DNA of 15,013 nucleotides. It comes from Candidatus Hermodarchaeum yapensis. Lineage in GTDB: Archaea; Asgardarchaeota; Hermodarchaeia; Hermodarchaeales; Hermodarchaeaceae. Of this stretch, positions 1-7,756 are shown piece by piece (positions within the stretch are counted from its first letter, which is position 1; the number at the start of each line of letters is the position of its first letter). The notes beneath the pieces are model-generated. The model was not told the DNA's origin, searched no databases, and saw only the letters and a list, made by a program, of their open reading frames with translations. The DNA lies in the NCBI GenBank assembly GCA_016840405.1, contig JAEOSK010000047.1, positions 1-15,013 of the forward strand. Direction: 5' to 3'. Made by a program: the position numbers and the translations under genes.

Positions 1-298
1 CACGGACGATGTCTTTTTCAATTTCCATGCTGAGACGAAATAGAGGGATGGCCGAAATTAGGATGACAGAGATGAAGAGATAGCTCATCAGTTCGGGAAA
101 CGAAAAGCCACCAATGACTGTGGTTCCGTCGAATAGCCAAGCTTGGGTATAGATGATTGAATAGACGATGTAGAGAGCAAGTAATTTCGCAGGGAAGTAG
201 ACGAAGGATGTTAGAAATTCTATTGTGTACTGACGCATGTTTCGAAACGAAATTTGTGACACACCGAAATAGCTGCGAAGCCGTGATCTCTCAGTCAT
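1..298 (-). CDS. ABC-2 family transporter permease (DUF990/COG4587-like), N-terminal part; C-terminus runs off the window
   Basis: Not in the ORF track. Manual translation from ATG at 298 gives MTERSRLRSYFGVSQISFRNMRQYTIEFLTSFVYFPAKLLALYIVYSIIYTQAWLFDGTTVIGGFSFPELMSYLFISVILISAIPLFRLSMEIEKDIVR..., open to the edge. It is hydrophobic and has the 'IGGFS..EL.SY' and 'IEKDI' patterns typical of this family. GGAGG lies upstream, and the gene starts 4 nt after the preceding permease. Confidence 0.85.
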   Translation of the reverse strand, partial: MTERSRLRSYFGVSQISFRNMRQYTIEFLTSFVYFPAKLLALYIVYSIIYTQAWLFDGTTVIGGFSFPELMSYLFISVILISAIPLFRLSMEIEKDIVR

Positions 299-302
299 TG
301 CT

Positions 303-1133
303 TTAGCCTCCTACAGGTTGATAGCGTTTGAGTCCACGTGCCCAAAGGTATCGGAAAACCACAATCCAGAGGAGGGCTAGCCCTCCTGCAATCCCTATGT
401 AGAATAGGCTAGACTGGAGGGAGAGGTAACCGAGAATGATCATGGTTGGTACGGTGGAGATGAATATCACTGGAAACACAAAGGTTAGGAAGTATTGAAC
501 TCCGAAGGGCATGATGTCAATGGGCATGCGAGCAAAGTTCATTTCTACTGCATCAGAGACTTCGAGTAGTCCTTCATTGCGACCAATCCAAAAGGCTAGG
601 CAACACAGACAAGCCCAGAGAATGTAAAGAGCCGCTTGCCCAAGAAAGAGAGCTAGAGCACCCAATAGAACGTTAATTGGCACAATGACGAGCCCAAAGG
701 TCAATGCCGACAACCATAACATCACAATGCCAATAGCGACTTGCAGTAGACCACCTGCCCAAAATTGTTGCGCTATCATTTGGAAGATTGAACTTGCAGG
801 TCTAACACGAAACTGCTCTAAACCTAATTCTGTTATGTGCCAGTGAATCTCCCACACCCCCATCCAAAAGAATGCACCAAAACCCCATGCACTTTCAGTG
901 ACACCAATGAGGAATGTCAGTTCGGCACGCCCCCACGTCACCCATCCGACTCCCGTGAGCACAGGCATCTGGTACGTGATTACATTCCAAAAGAATACGT
1001 ACATGCCAATACCTATAATGGAGGTGGCAAAGGCACCCCAGAGTTGAATTTTATCCTCGGCGATTCGAAGTAATGATAGACGTATGTAACCAGGTAGGAG
1101 ACTGAGTTGACGAAAGACATTACTTTTTACCAT
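303..1133 (-). CDS. ABC-2 family transporter permease (ABC2_membrane_6/DUF990, COG3694-like)
   Basis: 276 aa with about 6 hydrophobic segments. Motifs 'GLEQFRVRPAS', 'FARMPIDI', 'LTFVFPVIFISTVP' and 'W.RGLKRY..VGG'. Its ATG abuts the ATPase stop (TAAATG), with a GGAGG SD. Confidence 0.88.
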   Translation of the reverse strand: MVKSNVFRQLSLLPGYIRLSLLRIAEDKIQLWGAFATSIIGIGMYVFFWNVITYQMPVLTGVGWVTWGRAELTFLIGVTESAWGFGAFFWMGVWEIHWHITELGLEQFRVRPASSIFQMIAQQFWAGGLLQVAIGIVMLWLSALTFGLVIVPINVLLGALALFLGQAALYILWACLCCLAFWIGRNEGLLEVSDAVEMNFARMPIDIMPFGVQYFLTFVFPVIFISTVPTMIILGYLSLQSSLFYIGIAGGLALLWIVVFRYLWARGLKRYQPVGG

Positions 1134-2183
1134 TTAGTTTGCCTCCATTTGTAGATTGTTCACTCTTTCTTCGTCACCGAAGATTTCACGAATAATATCT
1201 TCGAGATTAGGTTCCGTCACTTGAATATCATCAACAACAAGTAGTTCCATGATGTCCTTGAGTAGATCCCCAATGGCGAGTTGGTCTTGATCAATTCGTA
1301 AATCTGCTTGACCATTTTGTGTGGTCAATTCAAGAACTCCTTGTTGTTCTTCCAATTCTGTTTGCCAATTAGCCTTGTTGACTTTCTTGTAAAGAACACG
1401 GATTTTACGTTCGTTGCTCCATCTTCGTTTGAGTTGTCGTTTTGGTCCGTCGAATTTGATGTTACCCTTTGAAATGAGGATGATGCGATCTGTGAGTTCC
1501 TCAACATCGCGCATGCTATGACTACAGAGGAATACTGTGACCTTTTCTTCTCGGTTGATCCGACGAATGAAGTCTCGGATCTTTTTCTTCGCTACAACAT
1601 CGAGGCCTACGGTTGGTTCGTCGAGGAAAATGACTTCGGGCTGATGCAGCAGGGCGGCAATGATTTCACACCGCATTCTTTCTCCCAAAGAGAGCCGTCG
1701 AGGAGCTGTAGGAAGATGTTTTTCAATATCCAAGATTTCTGTGAATTCTTTCAGTCGCTCATCAAAGATCGGTTTTGGTACATTGTACATCTTTTGATAT
1801 AGTTTCAAGCTCTCTTTGACTGGTACATGGGTCCAAAGGAGGCTCCGCTGACCAAACACCACTCCATAGCGCATGGCACAGTCAATCCGGTTATGATAAG
1901 GATCCTGATCAAATATTCGGACTTGACCTGACGTAGGATGGAGAATGCCACTAAGTAATTTCACAGTTGTAGATTTCCCAGCGCCGTTAGGGCCAAGAAG
2001 CGCGACACATTCACCTGGATGTATTTTGAAACTGACACCATCTAGGGCACGAATGGTCTGCTTTTCCCGTTTGAGGAACCCGACAAATCGTCGGTGGGCA
2101 CCTTTTCGGGGTTTGACCAGTGGTTTCGTGTAGATTCGAACGACATTGTTGATTTCGGCGATTGGTTCTTGATTTAGGGGCAT
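1134..2183 (-). CDS. ABC transporter ATP-binding subunit (COG4586-like, ABC-2 exporter)
   Basis: Walker A GPNGAGKST, Q-loop VVFGQRS, signature LSLGERMR, Walker B IFLDEPT, H-loop CSH. ATG 2183 is preferred over GTG 2219 because GGAGG precedes it. Confidence 0.95.
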   Translation of the reverse strand: MPLNQEPIAEINNVVRIYTKPLVKPRKGAHRRFVGFLKREKQTIRALDGVSFKIHPGECVALLGPNGAGKSTTVKLLSGILHPTSGQVRIFDQDPYHNRIDCAMRYGVVFGQRSLLWTHVPVKESLKLYQKMYNVPKPIFDERLKEFTEILDIEKHLPTAPRRLSLGERMRCEIIAALLHQPEVIFLDEPTVGLDVVAKKKIRDFIRRINREEKVTVFLCSHSMRDVEELTDRIILISKGNIKFDGPKRQLKRRWSNERKIRVLYKKVNKANWQTELEEQQGVLELTTQNGQADLRIDQDQLAIGDLLKDIMELLVVDDIQVTEPNLEDIIREIFGDEERVNNLQMEAN

Positions 2184-2220
2184 GGCTACGCCTCCGTTGT
2201 TGTGGGTGAGGCTAGCCACC

Positions 2221-2270
2221 CTTATTTTAAATATTTATCTATAAGTTATACATAATAATTAATATAAAGT
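2221..2270 (-). promoter_or_regulatory. AT-rich putative promoter of the ABC-2 operon
   Basis: The minus strand reads CTTTATATTAATTATTATGTATAACTTATAGATAAATATTTAAAATAAG. It contains several TATA-like hexamers about 40-85 nt upstream of ATG 2183. Confidence 0.5.
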
Positions 2271-2519
2271 AGACTACCCCAATCGCCTTCGGATGCGACG
2301 ATCCTTCCCTTCTTATCCATCATAATCTCCAACAAACAATGGATCCTGAAAAACTAATTCTGCTAAACGTAATATCCACACTTTAGCAGCACAGGCCAGC
2401 TAACTCTGAATAATCAGTTCCATAGCTTCACGCCTCAACCGCGTGATAAATCTCATCAATTAAAAATATTTCTATCAAAACTAAGTCACATTTCTTTGAG
2501 GAATATTTCTTCATGGGTT

Positions 2520-3299
2520 TTATTTGATTCGTTGGCATACTCCAATAGCAAAAGTCGCCTGATGGGTAAAACCTATTCGTTGGTAGATACGGATGGCGTT
2601 GAAGTTGTCTGATTCAACCATCAAAGTGACATACTGATAGTTTTGGAACAAAGCATTAGTCACCGCACATAATACGCTGGTTCCGAACCCGCGTTTTTGG
2701 TGGTGTGGTAACGTGGCTAGGTTTCCAATGACTGCGACACCCGGACTAGGTTTGTAGACACCAATGGTGCCACAGACCGAGACTAGGACACCGTCTTGAC
2801 GGATGCCATAGAATGGTCCAAGATCGAGCTGCCTTGGATTCCAAGCCCCAGCAGGCGTAACTTGATAGAATTGATCAACTTCCTCCAAATTGTCAGCAAA
2901 TAATCTCTCAGTTGGGAGAATTTCTGGCGGATTGTACTGTTCCGGCTCCACTTTCATAAGCAGAAATCTCCCCTGTGTCAAGAACTGATACTGTTTCTCA
3001 ACAATGGGAACATGATTCTCAGGAATGATAGCGAACACAGAAGGGTATGAAAGTTGGGCAACCAATTGATGAACTGCGTCCTGAGTTCCTCGAGTGAAGA
3101 AGCTTCCCATACCTCGACCCCCTTTATAGATTATTAAACAGCCTTGTATCGCGTTCTCTTTTTTGGCGATAAACCAGTCAGTAATGTCCCATGCCAAGGT
3201 AAGATCATATAATGGTAGTCCATTGAGGATGATGTCTGTGCGAAGAAAGTCTTCGATATCGTTGGTTGGTTCAGTAAGTCGTTGGATGGTAAGTGTCAT
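2520..3299 (-). CDS. GNAT family N-acetyltransferase (FR47-like C-terminal domain)
   Basis: Acetyl-CoA motif A 'IGNLATLPHHQKRGFGTSV' and motif B 'LMVESDNFNAIRIYQRIGF'. Confidence 0.9.
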   Translation of the reverse strand: MTLTIQRLTEPTNDIEDFLRTDIILNGLPLYDLTLAWDITDWFIAKKENAIQGCLIIYKGGRGMGSFFTRGTQDAVHQLVAQLSYPSVFAIIPENHVPIVEKQYQFLTQGRFLLMKVEPEQYNPPEILPTERLFADNLEEVDQFYQVTPAGAWNPRQLDLGPFYGIRQDGVLVSVCGTIGVYKPSPGVAVIGNLATLPHHQKRGFGTSVLCAVTNALFQNYQYVTLMVESDNFNAIRIYQRIGFTHQATFAIGVCQRIK

Positions 3300-3368
3300 T
3301 CTATTATTCCCTCACTCAACGAATTGACTAGCTTATACTGGATTTCGTTATCAATTCATACTGGCAAG

Positions 3369-4025
3369 TTACGGGACTTCGTATTCCCCATCTTTGGTTA
3401 GAACGACGACTTTTACATTAGAGTTGGATTCAACCTTGTTCTTAAACCCCGAAGTATCCTTATCCCATGTATGCATAGGGATAGCAACTTTGGGATTAAT
3501 GGTGATAGCGGCATCTGCCCCATCCTCATTTTCCATTGTGTATGTGCCTCCCACGGGGAGTAGTGCAACATCAATGTCACCAAGCTCTTTCATTTCGGAA
3601 ATGAAATCCGTGTCTCCTGCATGATAGATAGTTTTTCCCTCTATGGTGATGACATATCCCACACCAAAGCCTTTAGGATGAAATGGCTGACCGGGAGCCC
3701 GGAACCTGGTCTCATTATACGCATGAACCGCCCGGATCTTCACATCATCGACAGTGGTTTCCTCGCCTGGTTTCAACGAGTGGACTTTACCACCAATTTT
3801 TTCATGACAATCTGCTGGTGCAATGATCACTGTTTTGTCACCACGAACCTGATTGATTTTTTCAGGATCACAGTGATCAAAGTGCGAATGTGTAGCTAGA
3901 ATAATGTCGGCTTCTTCCTTTGGATTAGCGGCCTTTTCGAGGTCAATGTAAATGTTCTTTGATTGAGTTTTAATTTGGAAGCTAGCATGGGCTAACCATT
4001 TAATCGTTACAGTCAATTTGACCAC
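3369..4025 (-). CDS. Metallo-beta-lactamase-fold hydrolase (UPF0173/Lactamase_B_3-like)
   Basis: Motifs 'WLAHASF', THSHFDH (HxHxDH), 'IYHAGDT', 'LPVGGTYTM' and 'AIPMH'. The start could be GTG 4025 or a TTG a few codons downstream. Confidence 0.93.
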   Translation of the reverse strand: MVKLTVTIKWLAHASFQIKTQSKNIYIDLEKAANPKEEADIILATHSHFDHCDPEKINQVRGDKTVIIAPADCHEKIGGKVHSLKPGEETTVDDVKIRAVHAYNETRFRAPGQPFHPKGFGVGYVITIEGKTIYHAGDTDFISEMKELGDIDVALLPVGGTYTMENEDGADAAITINPKVAIPMHTWDKDTSGFKNKVESNSNVKVVVLTKDGEYEVP

Positions 4026-4153
4026 TCAAAGATATGCAAGGGAAGTTGGGCTATTAAAATCCTAAGTAAACCCTTTACCCTACAGACCTTTGGAATTCTC
4101 GATTCATTCCGCCTAGTAAGTGGTATGTTTTTTTATTATACAACACCCCACAA

Positions 4154-4186
4154 TGGCTCAGAAATTGGTTCATTTCTAATGAGCCA
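4154..4186. repeat. Imperfect inverted repeat between the divergent MBL hydrolase and flavin reductase genes
   Basis: TGGCTC-AGAAAT-tggttc-ATTTCT-aat-GAGCCA, just downstream of the TATA-like TTTTATTATA at 4131-4140. Confidence 0.55.
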
Positions 4187-4211
4187 AGAAACGTTTAGGA
4201 TGTCGATTTGA

Positions 4212-4778
4212 ATGCCTGAAGGTCCTCCAAAAATAACTCTTCCCCTGAATCAATCACTTCACCTGCTTCACCCCTATAACGCAACCCTGGTAAGTACCAA
4301 AACACCCGATGGACAAAACAACGTCATGACCATCGCCTGGATCATCCCTACTAGTGTCGATCCACCTCTGATAACCATGAGTGTTCGAAAAAGCCGGTTC
4401 TCCTACAAAGCCATTCAAGAAACCGGAGAATTTGTGGTTAATATTCCAACCTTTGACATGGCGGAAAAAGTGCTACGTGCAGGCCGCACTAGTGGAAAAA
4501 ACATAGACAAATTCGCTGAACTTCCATTCATAGCGAGGAAGGCAAAAATGGTTAAAGCACCATTAATTGAAGAGTGCGTTGCACACCTCGAATGTAAATT
4601 ATGGAAAACCTTTGAAGCGGGAGACCACGATCTTATTATCGGCGAAATTATCGCTGCAACTGTAATTGAAGGTTACTTCACAAAAACCTGGGATATTACT
4701 AAATTCCGTCCCGTACAACATACCGGTCAGGAATTCTTCACAACCTGTAGCCTCGAAACCGTAGAAATCAAATTCTAG
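4212..4778 (+). CDS. Flavin reductase family protein (flavoredoxin/DIM6-NTAB type)
   Basis: Motifs 'NVMTIAW', 'S.DPP', 'TGEFVVNIP', 'G..SGK..DKF', 'APLIEEC.AHLECK' and 'GDHDLIIGEI'. Confidence 0.93.
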   Translation: MPEGPPKITLPLNQSLHLLHPYNATLVSTKTPDGQNNVMTIAWIIPTSVDPPLITMSVRKSRFSYKAIQETGEFVVNIPTFDMAEKVLRAGRTSGKNIDKFAELPFIARKAKMVKAPLIEECVAHLECKLWKTFEAGDHDLIIGEIIAATVIEGYFTKTWDITKFRPVQHTGQEFFTTCSLETVEIKF

Positions 4779-4947
4779 CCACCCCACACAAAACTAGAAT
4801 AAGTCCTGAAATCCTCTCCTTTAGTCGAATGCATACGTATCTAAATGCGAAATAATACACTCCCTAATACACATATTACCGTTCTAATTGGAAAAAGCCT
4901 TGAGATTTTGGACTTAGATTGAACAAGAAGCTCGAGCTGAATAAACC

Positions 4948-5169
4948 ATGTCAGAGAAGAAAGAACCAAAACCCATCAGTCGAAGAACACGTGCCTACGT
5001 GAGCCTAACCTTCCTTTTTCTCATTCTTCCGACATTCCTAATCTGGACGATATTCATCAATCCATACTTCCCATCCGACCAAGCTATCAACGTATTAATC
5101 CTATTCACTCTGGTCCTTCTAGGGCTAGCCGGAATTCCTTGGTTACCAGTCTTGTTTCCCAGAGAATAA
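4948..5169 (+). CDS. Small hypothetical membrane protein (2 TM helices)
   Basis: 73 aa with an ATG start, a basic N-terminus and two hydrophobic segments. It fills the gap between same-strand genes. Confidence 0.65.
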   Translation: MSEKKEPKPISRRTRAYVSLTFLFLILPTFLIWTIFINPYFPSDQAINVLILFTLVLLGLAGIPWLPVLFPRE

Positions 5170-5228
5170 GTAATGGCTTTAAACATTCATTGAAGACTAA
5201 TAAGTTCACTAGCCCAAATGGGATAATC

Positions 5229-6440
5229 ATGCGAAGAATTTCATTAGCAGACGCACGACGACTCGTCATCTCCTCTCAGCATCTAGCGGACCCAAGAGTC
5301 GGCACAAACAAAGAAGGAATATTGCAAATCATCCGAGATCTTGGATGTGTTCAAATCGACCCGATTAACATAGTCGCACCAAGCCATCAAATTGTGCTTT
5401 GGAGTCGATTAGGACAATATGACTTAGCAGATTTCAAGCAGCTAATGTGGGAAGAACACAAGCTGTTGGAGGACTGGGGACACTGCACTTCCATAGTTCC
5501 CACCACAGATTATCCCATCTTCAAAACGCTCAAACGCGAATGGAAACCACCACCAAAAGTTCAACAATGGCTCACCAACAATCAAACACTCCGCCGCTAC
5601 ATCCTATCAGAAATACGAAGACACGGTCCACTCCCCACAGCACATTTCAAAGACAAGGCAGATGTCGACTGGACCTCAACAGGATGGACAGCAGGGCGGA
5701 ACATCAATCAAATGCTCACATACCTCTGGGTCACCGGAAAAATCATGGTTGCACACCGCGAAGGCAACAACAAATATTGGAACCTGACACAACGAATACT
5801 CCCGAAATGGACACCAACAGAACGGTTAACTAGCCAACAAGTACGTAAACGCATCGCAGAAAGAGCCCTCCAAGCCTTGGGTTTAGCCCAACCAAATCAC
5901 ATCCGGTACTACTACATTCGGGGAATACCAGAAAATATCACCCCAATTCTCTCAAAGCTTACATCTCAGGAACAAATCGAACAGATCCAAATCATTAATC
6001 CAAGCACTCAACAACCTGTTCAAGGAACATGGTATATTCATACAACGACTCTCCCATTGCTAGATAAAATCGAGAATGAGAAATGGAGAGGAAGAATTAC
6101 ACTCCTCTCACCATTTGATAATCTCATCTATGAAAGAAATCGAATCGAACAACTCTTCAATTTCAGATATCGTCTTGAAATCTACGTTCCCAAGGAAAAT
6201 CGTCAATATGGACCCTACGCACTCCCCATCCTATTTGGCGACCAGTTCATCGGTCGTATCGATGCCAAGCTGAATCGGGAAACCAATCAACTTGAAATCA
6301 GAACCATCCACTCTGAACCCAACGCCCCGCTCACCAAAGAAATAGGGGAAAAAATTCAATCAGTCTTGAACCAGTTTGGTACATTCTTAAAAGCAGAAAA
6401 CATCCAATACTCCAAAAAGATCCCAAAGGAATGGAAATAA
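5229..6440 (+). CDS. ycaQ: YcaQ-like winged-helix (HTH_42) DNA glycosylase for crosslink/alkylation repair
   Basis: 'ISLADARRL...Q.L', catalytic QxD motif 'VQIDPINIVAPSH..VLWSRLG', and 'LLSPFDNLI..R.R..LFNFRYRLEIYVP...RQYG.Y.LPIL.GD.FIGRID.K'. ATG 5229 is preferred: the 5139 start overlaps the upstream gene, and TTTAAACA at 5178-5185 is TATA-like. Confidence 0.92.
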   Translation: MRRISLADARRLVISSQHLADPRVGTNKEGILQIIRDLGCVQIDPINIVAPSHQIVLWSRLGQYDLADFKQLMWEEHKLLEDWGHCTSIVPTTDYPIFKTLKREWKPPPKVQQWLTNNQTLRRYILSEIRRHGPLPTAHFKDKADVDWTSTGWTAGRNINQMLTYLWVTGKIMVAHREGNNKYWNLTQRILPKWTPTERLTSQQVRKRIAERALQALGLAQPNHIRYYYIRGIPENITPILSKLTSQEQIEQIQIINPSTQQPVQGTWYIHTTTLPLLDKIENEKWRGRITLLSPFDNLIYERNRIEQLFNFRYRLEIYVPKENRQYGPYALPILFGDQFIGRIDAKLNRETNQLEIRTIHSEPNAPLTKEIGEKIQSVLNQFGTFLKAENIQYSKKIPKEWK

Positions 6441-6464
6441 ACTCTCAATAAAGCGTGAACAAAA

Positions 6465-7169
6465 ATGACCAAAATCTTTGCAATTAATGGGAGTCCCCGA
6501 ATGGAAAAAGGAAACACAAACAAAATCCTCACCCCATTTCTAGAAGGTTTAAAAAACGCCGGAGCCAGCGTTGACCTCGTTTATGCACGACGCCTAAAGA
6601 TCAACCCCTGTATTGGAGACTTCCAATGCTGGTTTGAAAAAATCGGTGACTGCATCCATAAGGATGACATGCAAAGCCTTTACACCAAAATGCGAGAAGC
6701 GGATATCATTGTTCTTGCAACTCCAGTTTATATTCCCTTACCGGGAGAGATGCAAAATTTCATTAACCGTCTGTGCCCGATTGTCGAACCTATCTTAGAA
6801 TTTCGAGAAGGAAGAACCCGAGCCAGATTACCAAAGACCGCAAAGATATCGAAGTTCGTATTAGTATCATCAAGTGGTTGGTGGGAAATCGATAACTTTA
6901 ACACCGTTATTCGAATAGTGGAGGAAATTGCACTCAATACGAGCACAGAATTCGCTGGTGCACTTCTTCGCCCACACGCGGGTCAACTAGGGAAATTTCC
7001 CGAAAAAGCTGAAGAAATCTTTGCTGCAGCAAGAGCCGCCGGCATTGAATTAATTTCTAATGGAATAATGTCTGAGAAAACACTCAAAATTATCAGCCAA
7101 CCCCTCATAAAAGAAGAAGAACTTCGAAATGCTCAAACGCAAGCACATTTGAATGCGAAAGAAAAATAG
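6465..7169 (+). CDS. Flavodoxin-like NADPH-dependent FMN reductase / iron-sulfur flavoprotein (ISF) family protein
   Basis: FMN-binding loop 'INGSPR..GNT', cluster motif 'CIGDFQCW.....C..KDDM', and 'ADIIVLATPVY...MQNFINRL'. Confidence 0.9.
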   Translation: MTKIFAINGSPRMEKGNTNKILTPFLEGLKNAGASVDLVYARRLKINPCIGDFQCWFEKIGDCIHKDDMQSLYTKMREADIIVLATPVYIPLPGEMQNFINRLCPIVEPILEFREGRTRARLPKTAKISKFVLVSSSGWWEIDNFNTVIRIVEEIALNTSTEFAGALLRPHAGQLGKFPEKAEEIFAAARAAGIELISNGIMSEKTLKIISQPLIKEEELRNAQTQAHLNAKEK

Positions 7170-7188
7170 CAGTTCTCGCATTTTGTTT

Positions 7189-7653
7189 CTAAATTTTCGC
7201 GAGTTCCTTTTCGATATCTTCAAGAACAGCTTTCATCTGATCACGAAATTTGATGAGGAGATCCTTTCGATCCTTTGGCGGTAAATGTTCAAGGATTAAT
7301 CGTGGGAAACGTCCGATTGTACGCCCTTCAAAAGAGGACATCATCCGTGAAATCATTTGGGCTAGGTGAGTCACTTCCTCCTCGAGCTTCACATTCCCTT
7401 TATTGGTGATTGAGTAGACAGTTCGTTCAACCTCACCTTTGTAATCCTTTTTACTCGTGATAAAGCCCTGCTCTTCAAGTTGGCTTAAAGTGTTGTAAAG
7501 CAATGAATGGGAAGGGGACCAATGACCCTCAGTATCTTCTTCGATGCATTTCATGATTTCATATCCGTGTAAGGGTTTGTCCCTGATTATCCGTAGGATT
7601 GAAATACGCAGAAGCGCACCCTTCGGGCGTTGAAAGAAGGGAGGAAATGCCAT
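7189..7653 (-). CDS. PadR family transcriptional regulator
   Basis: wHTH pattern 'IL..IRDKPLHGYEIMK.IEE...W.PS...LY..L..LEE.GFI', 'R.VYSIT.KG', followed by a helical C-terminus. Confidence 0.93.
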   Translation of the reverse strand: MAFPPFFQRPKGALLRISILRIIRDKPLHGYEIMKCIEEDTEGHWSPSHSLLYNTLSQLEEQGFITSKKDYKGEVERTVYSITNKGNVKLEEEVTHLAQMISRMMSSFEGRTIGRFPRLILEHLPPKDRKDLLIKFRDQMKAVLEDIEKELAKI

Positions 7654-7668
7654 ACTAGGTGATTATTT

Positions 7669-7714
7669 CCGAAAGCTTATATATGTTTGTTAAATTCATG
7701 TCTTTTAGAGGCAT
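7669..7714. promoter_or_regulatory. Divergent promoter: BRE/TATA (CCGAAAGCTTATATATG) plus a candidate PadR operator (ATGTCTTTTAGAGGCAT, 7698-7714)
   Basis: TTATATAT reads as a TATA box on both strands. On the minus strand it lies 23 nt from the padR ATG. An imperfect palindrome overlaps the expected plus-strand TSS. Confidence 0.6.
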
Positions 7715-7756
7715 AAAATTACCGAGAAGGCTCTCCACATCCTTTGGTGAAAGTTA

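Noticed and set aside
2276-2329. Resemblance of IMMDKKGRIVASEGDW to an Asgard profilin strand motif
   Set aside because: Only about 15 residues match, and in-frame stops flank them closely, so chance cannot be excluded.
2313-2423. Possible amber read-through ORF on the minus strand: MELIIQS(TAG)LACAAKVWILRLAELVFQDPLFVGDYDG*
   Set aside because: It is very short and has no recognisable homology. There are no pyl genes in the window, and TAG acts as a normal stop in several genes here.
3369-4025. MBL-fold gene read as a true beta-lactamase resistance gene
   Set aside because: It has no signal peptide, and its motifs fit the cytoplasmic UPF0173-like family, which is widespread in archaea.
5139-5228. 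Longer N-terminal extensions in the ORF track (ycaQ from 5139; likewise 2219, 12020 and 14018)
   Set aside because: Downstream starts fit family N-termini and SD or TATA positions better.
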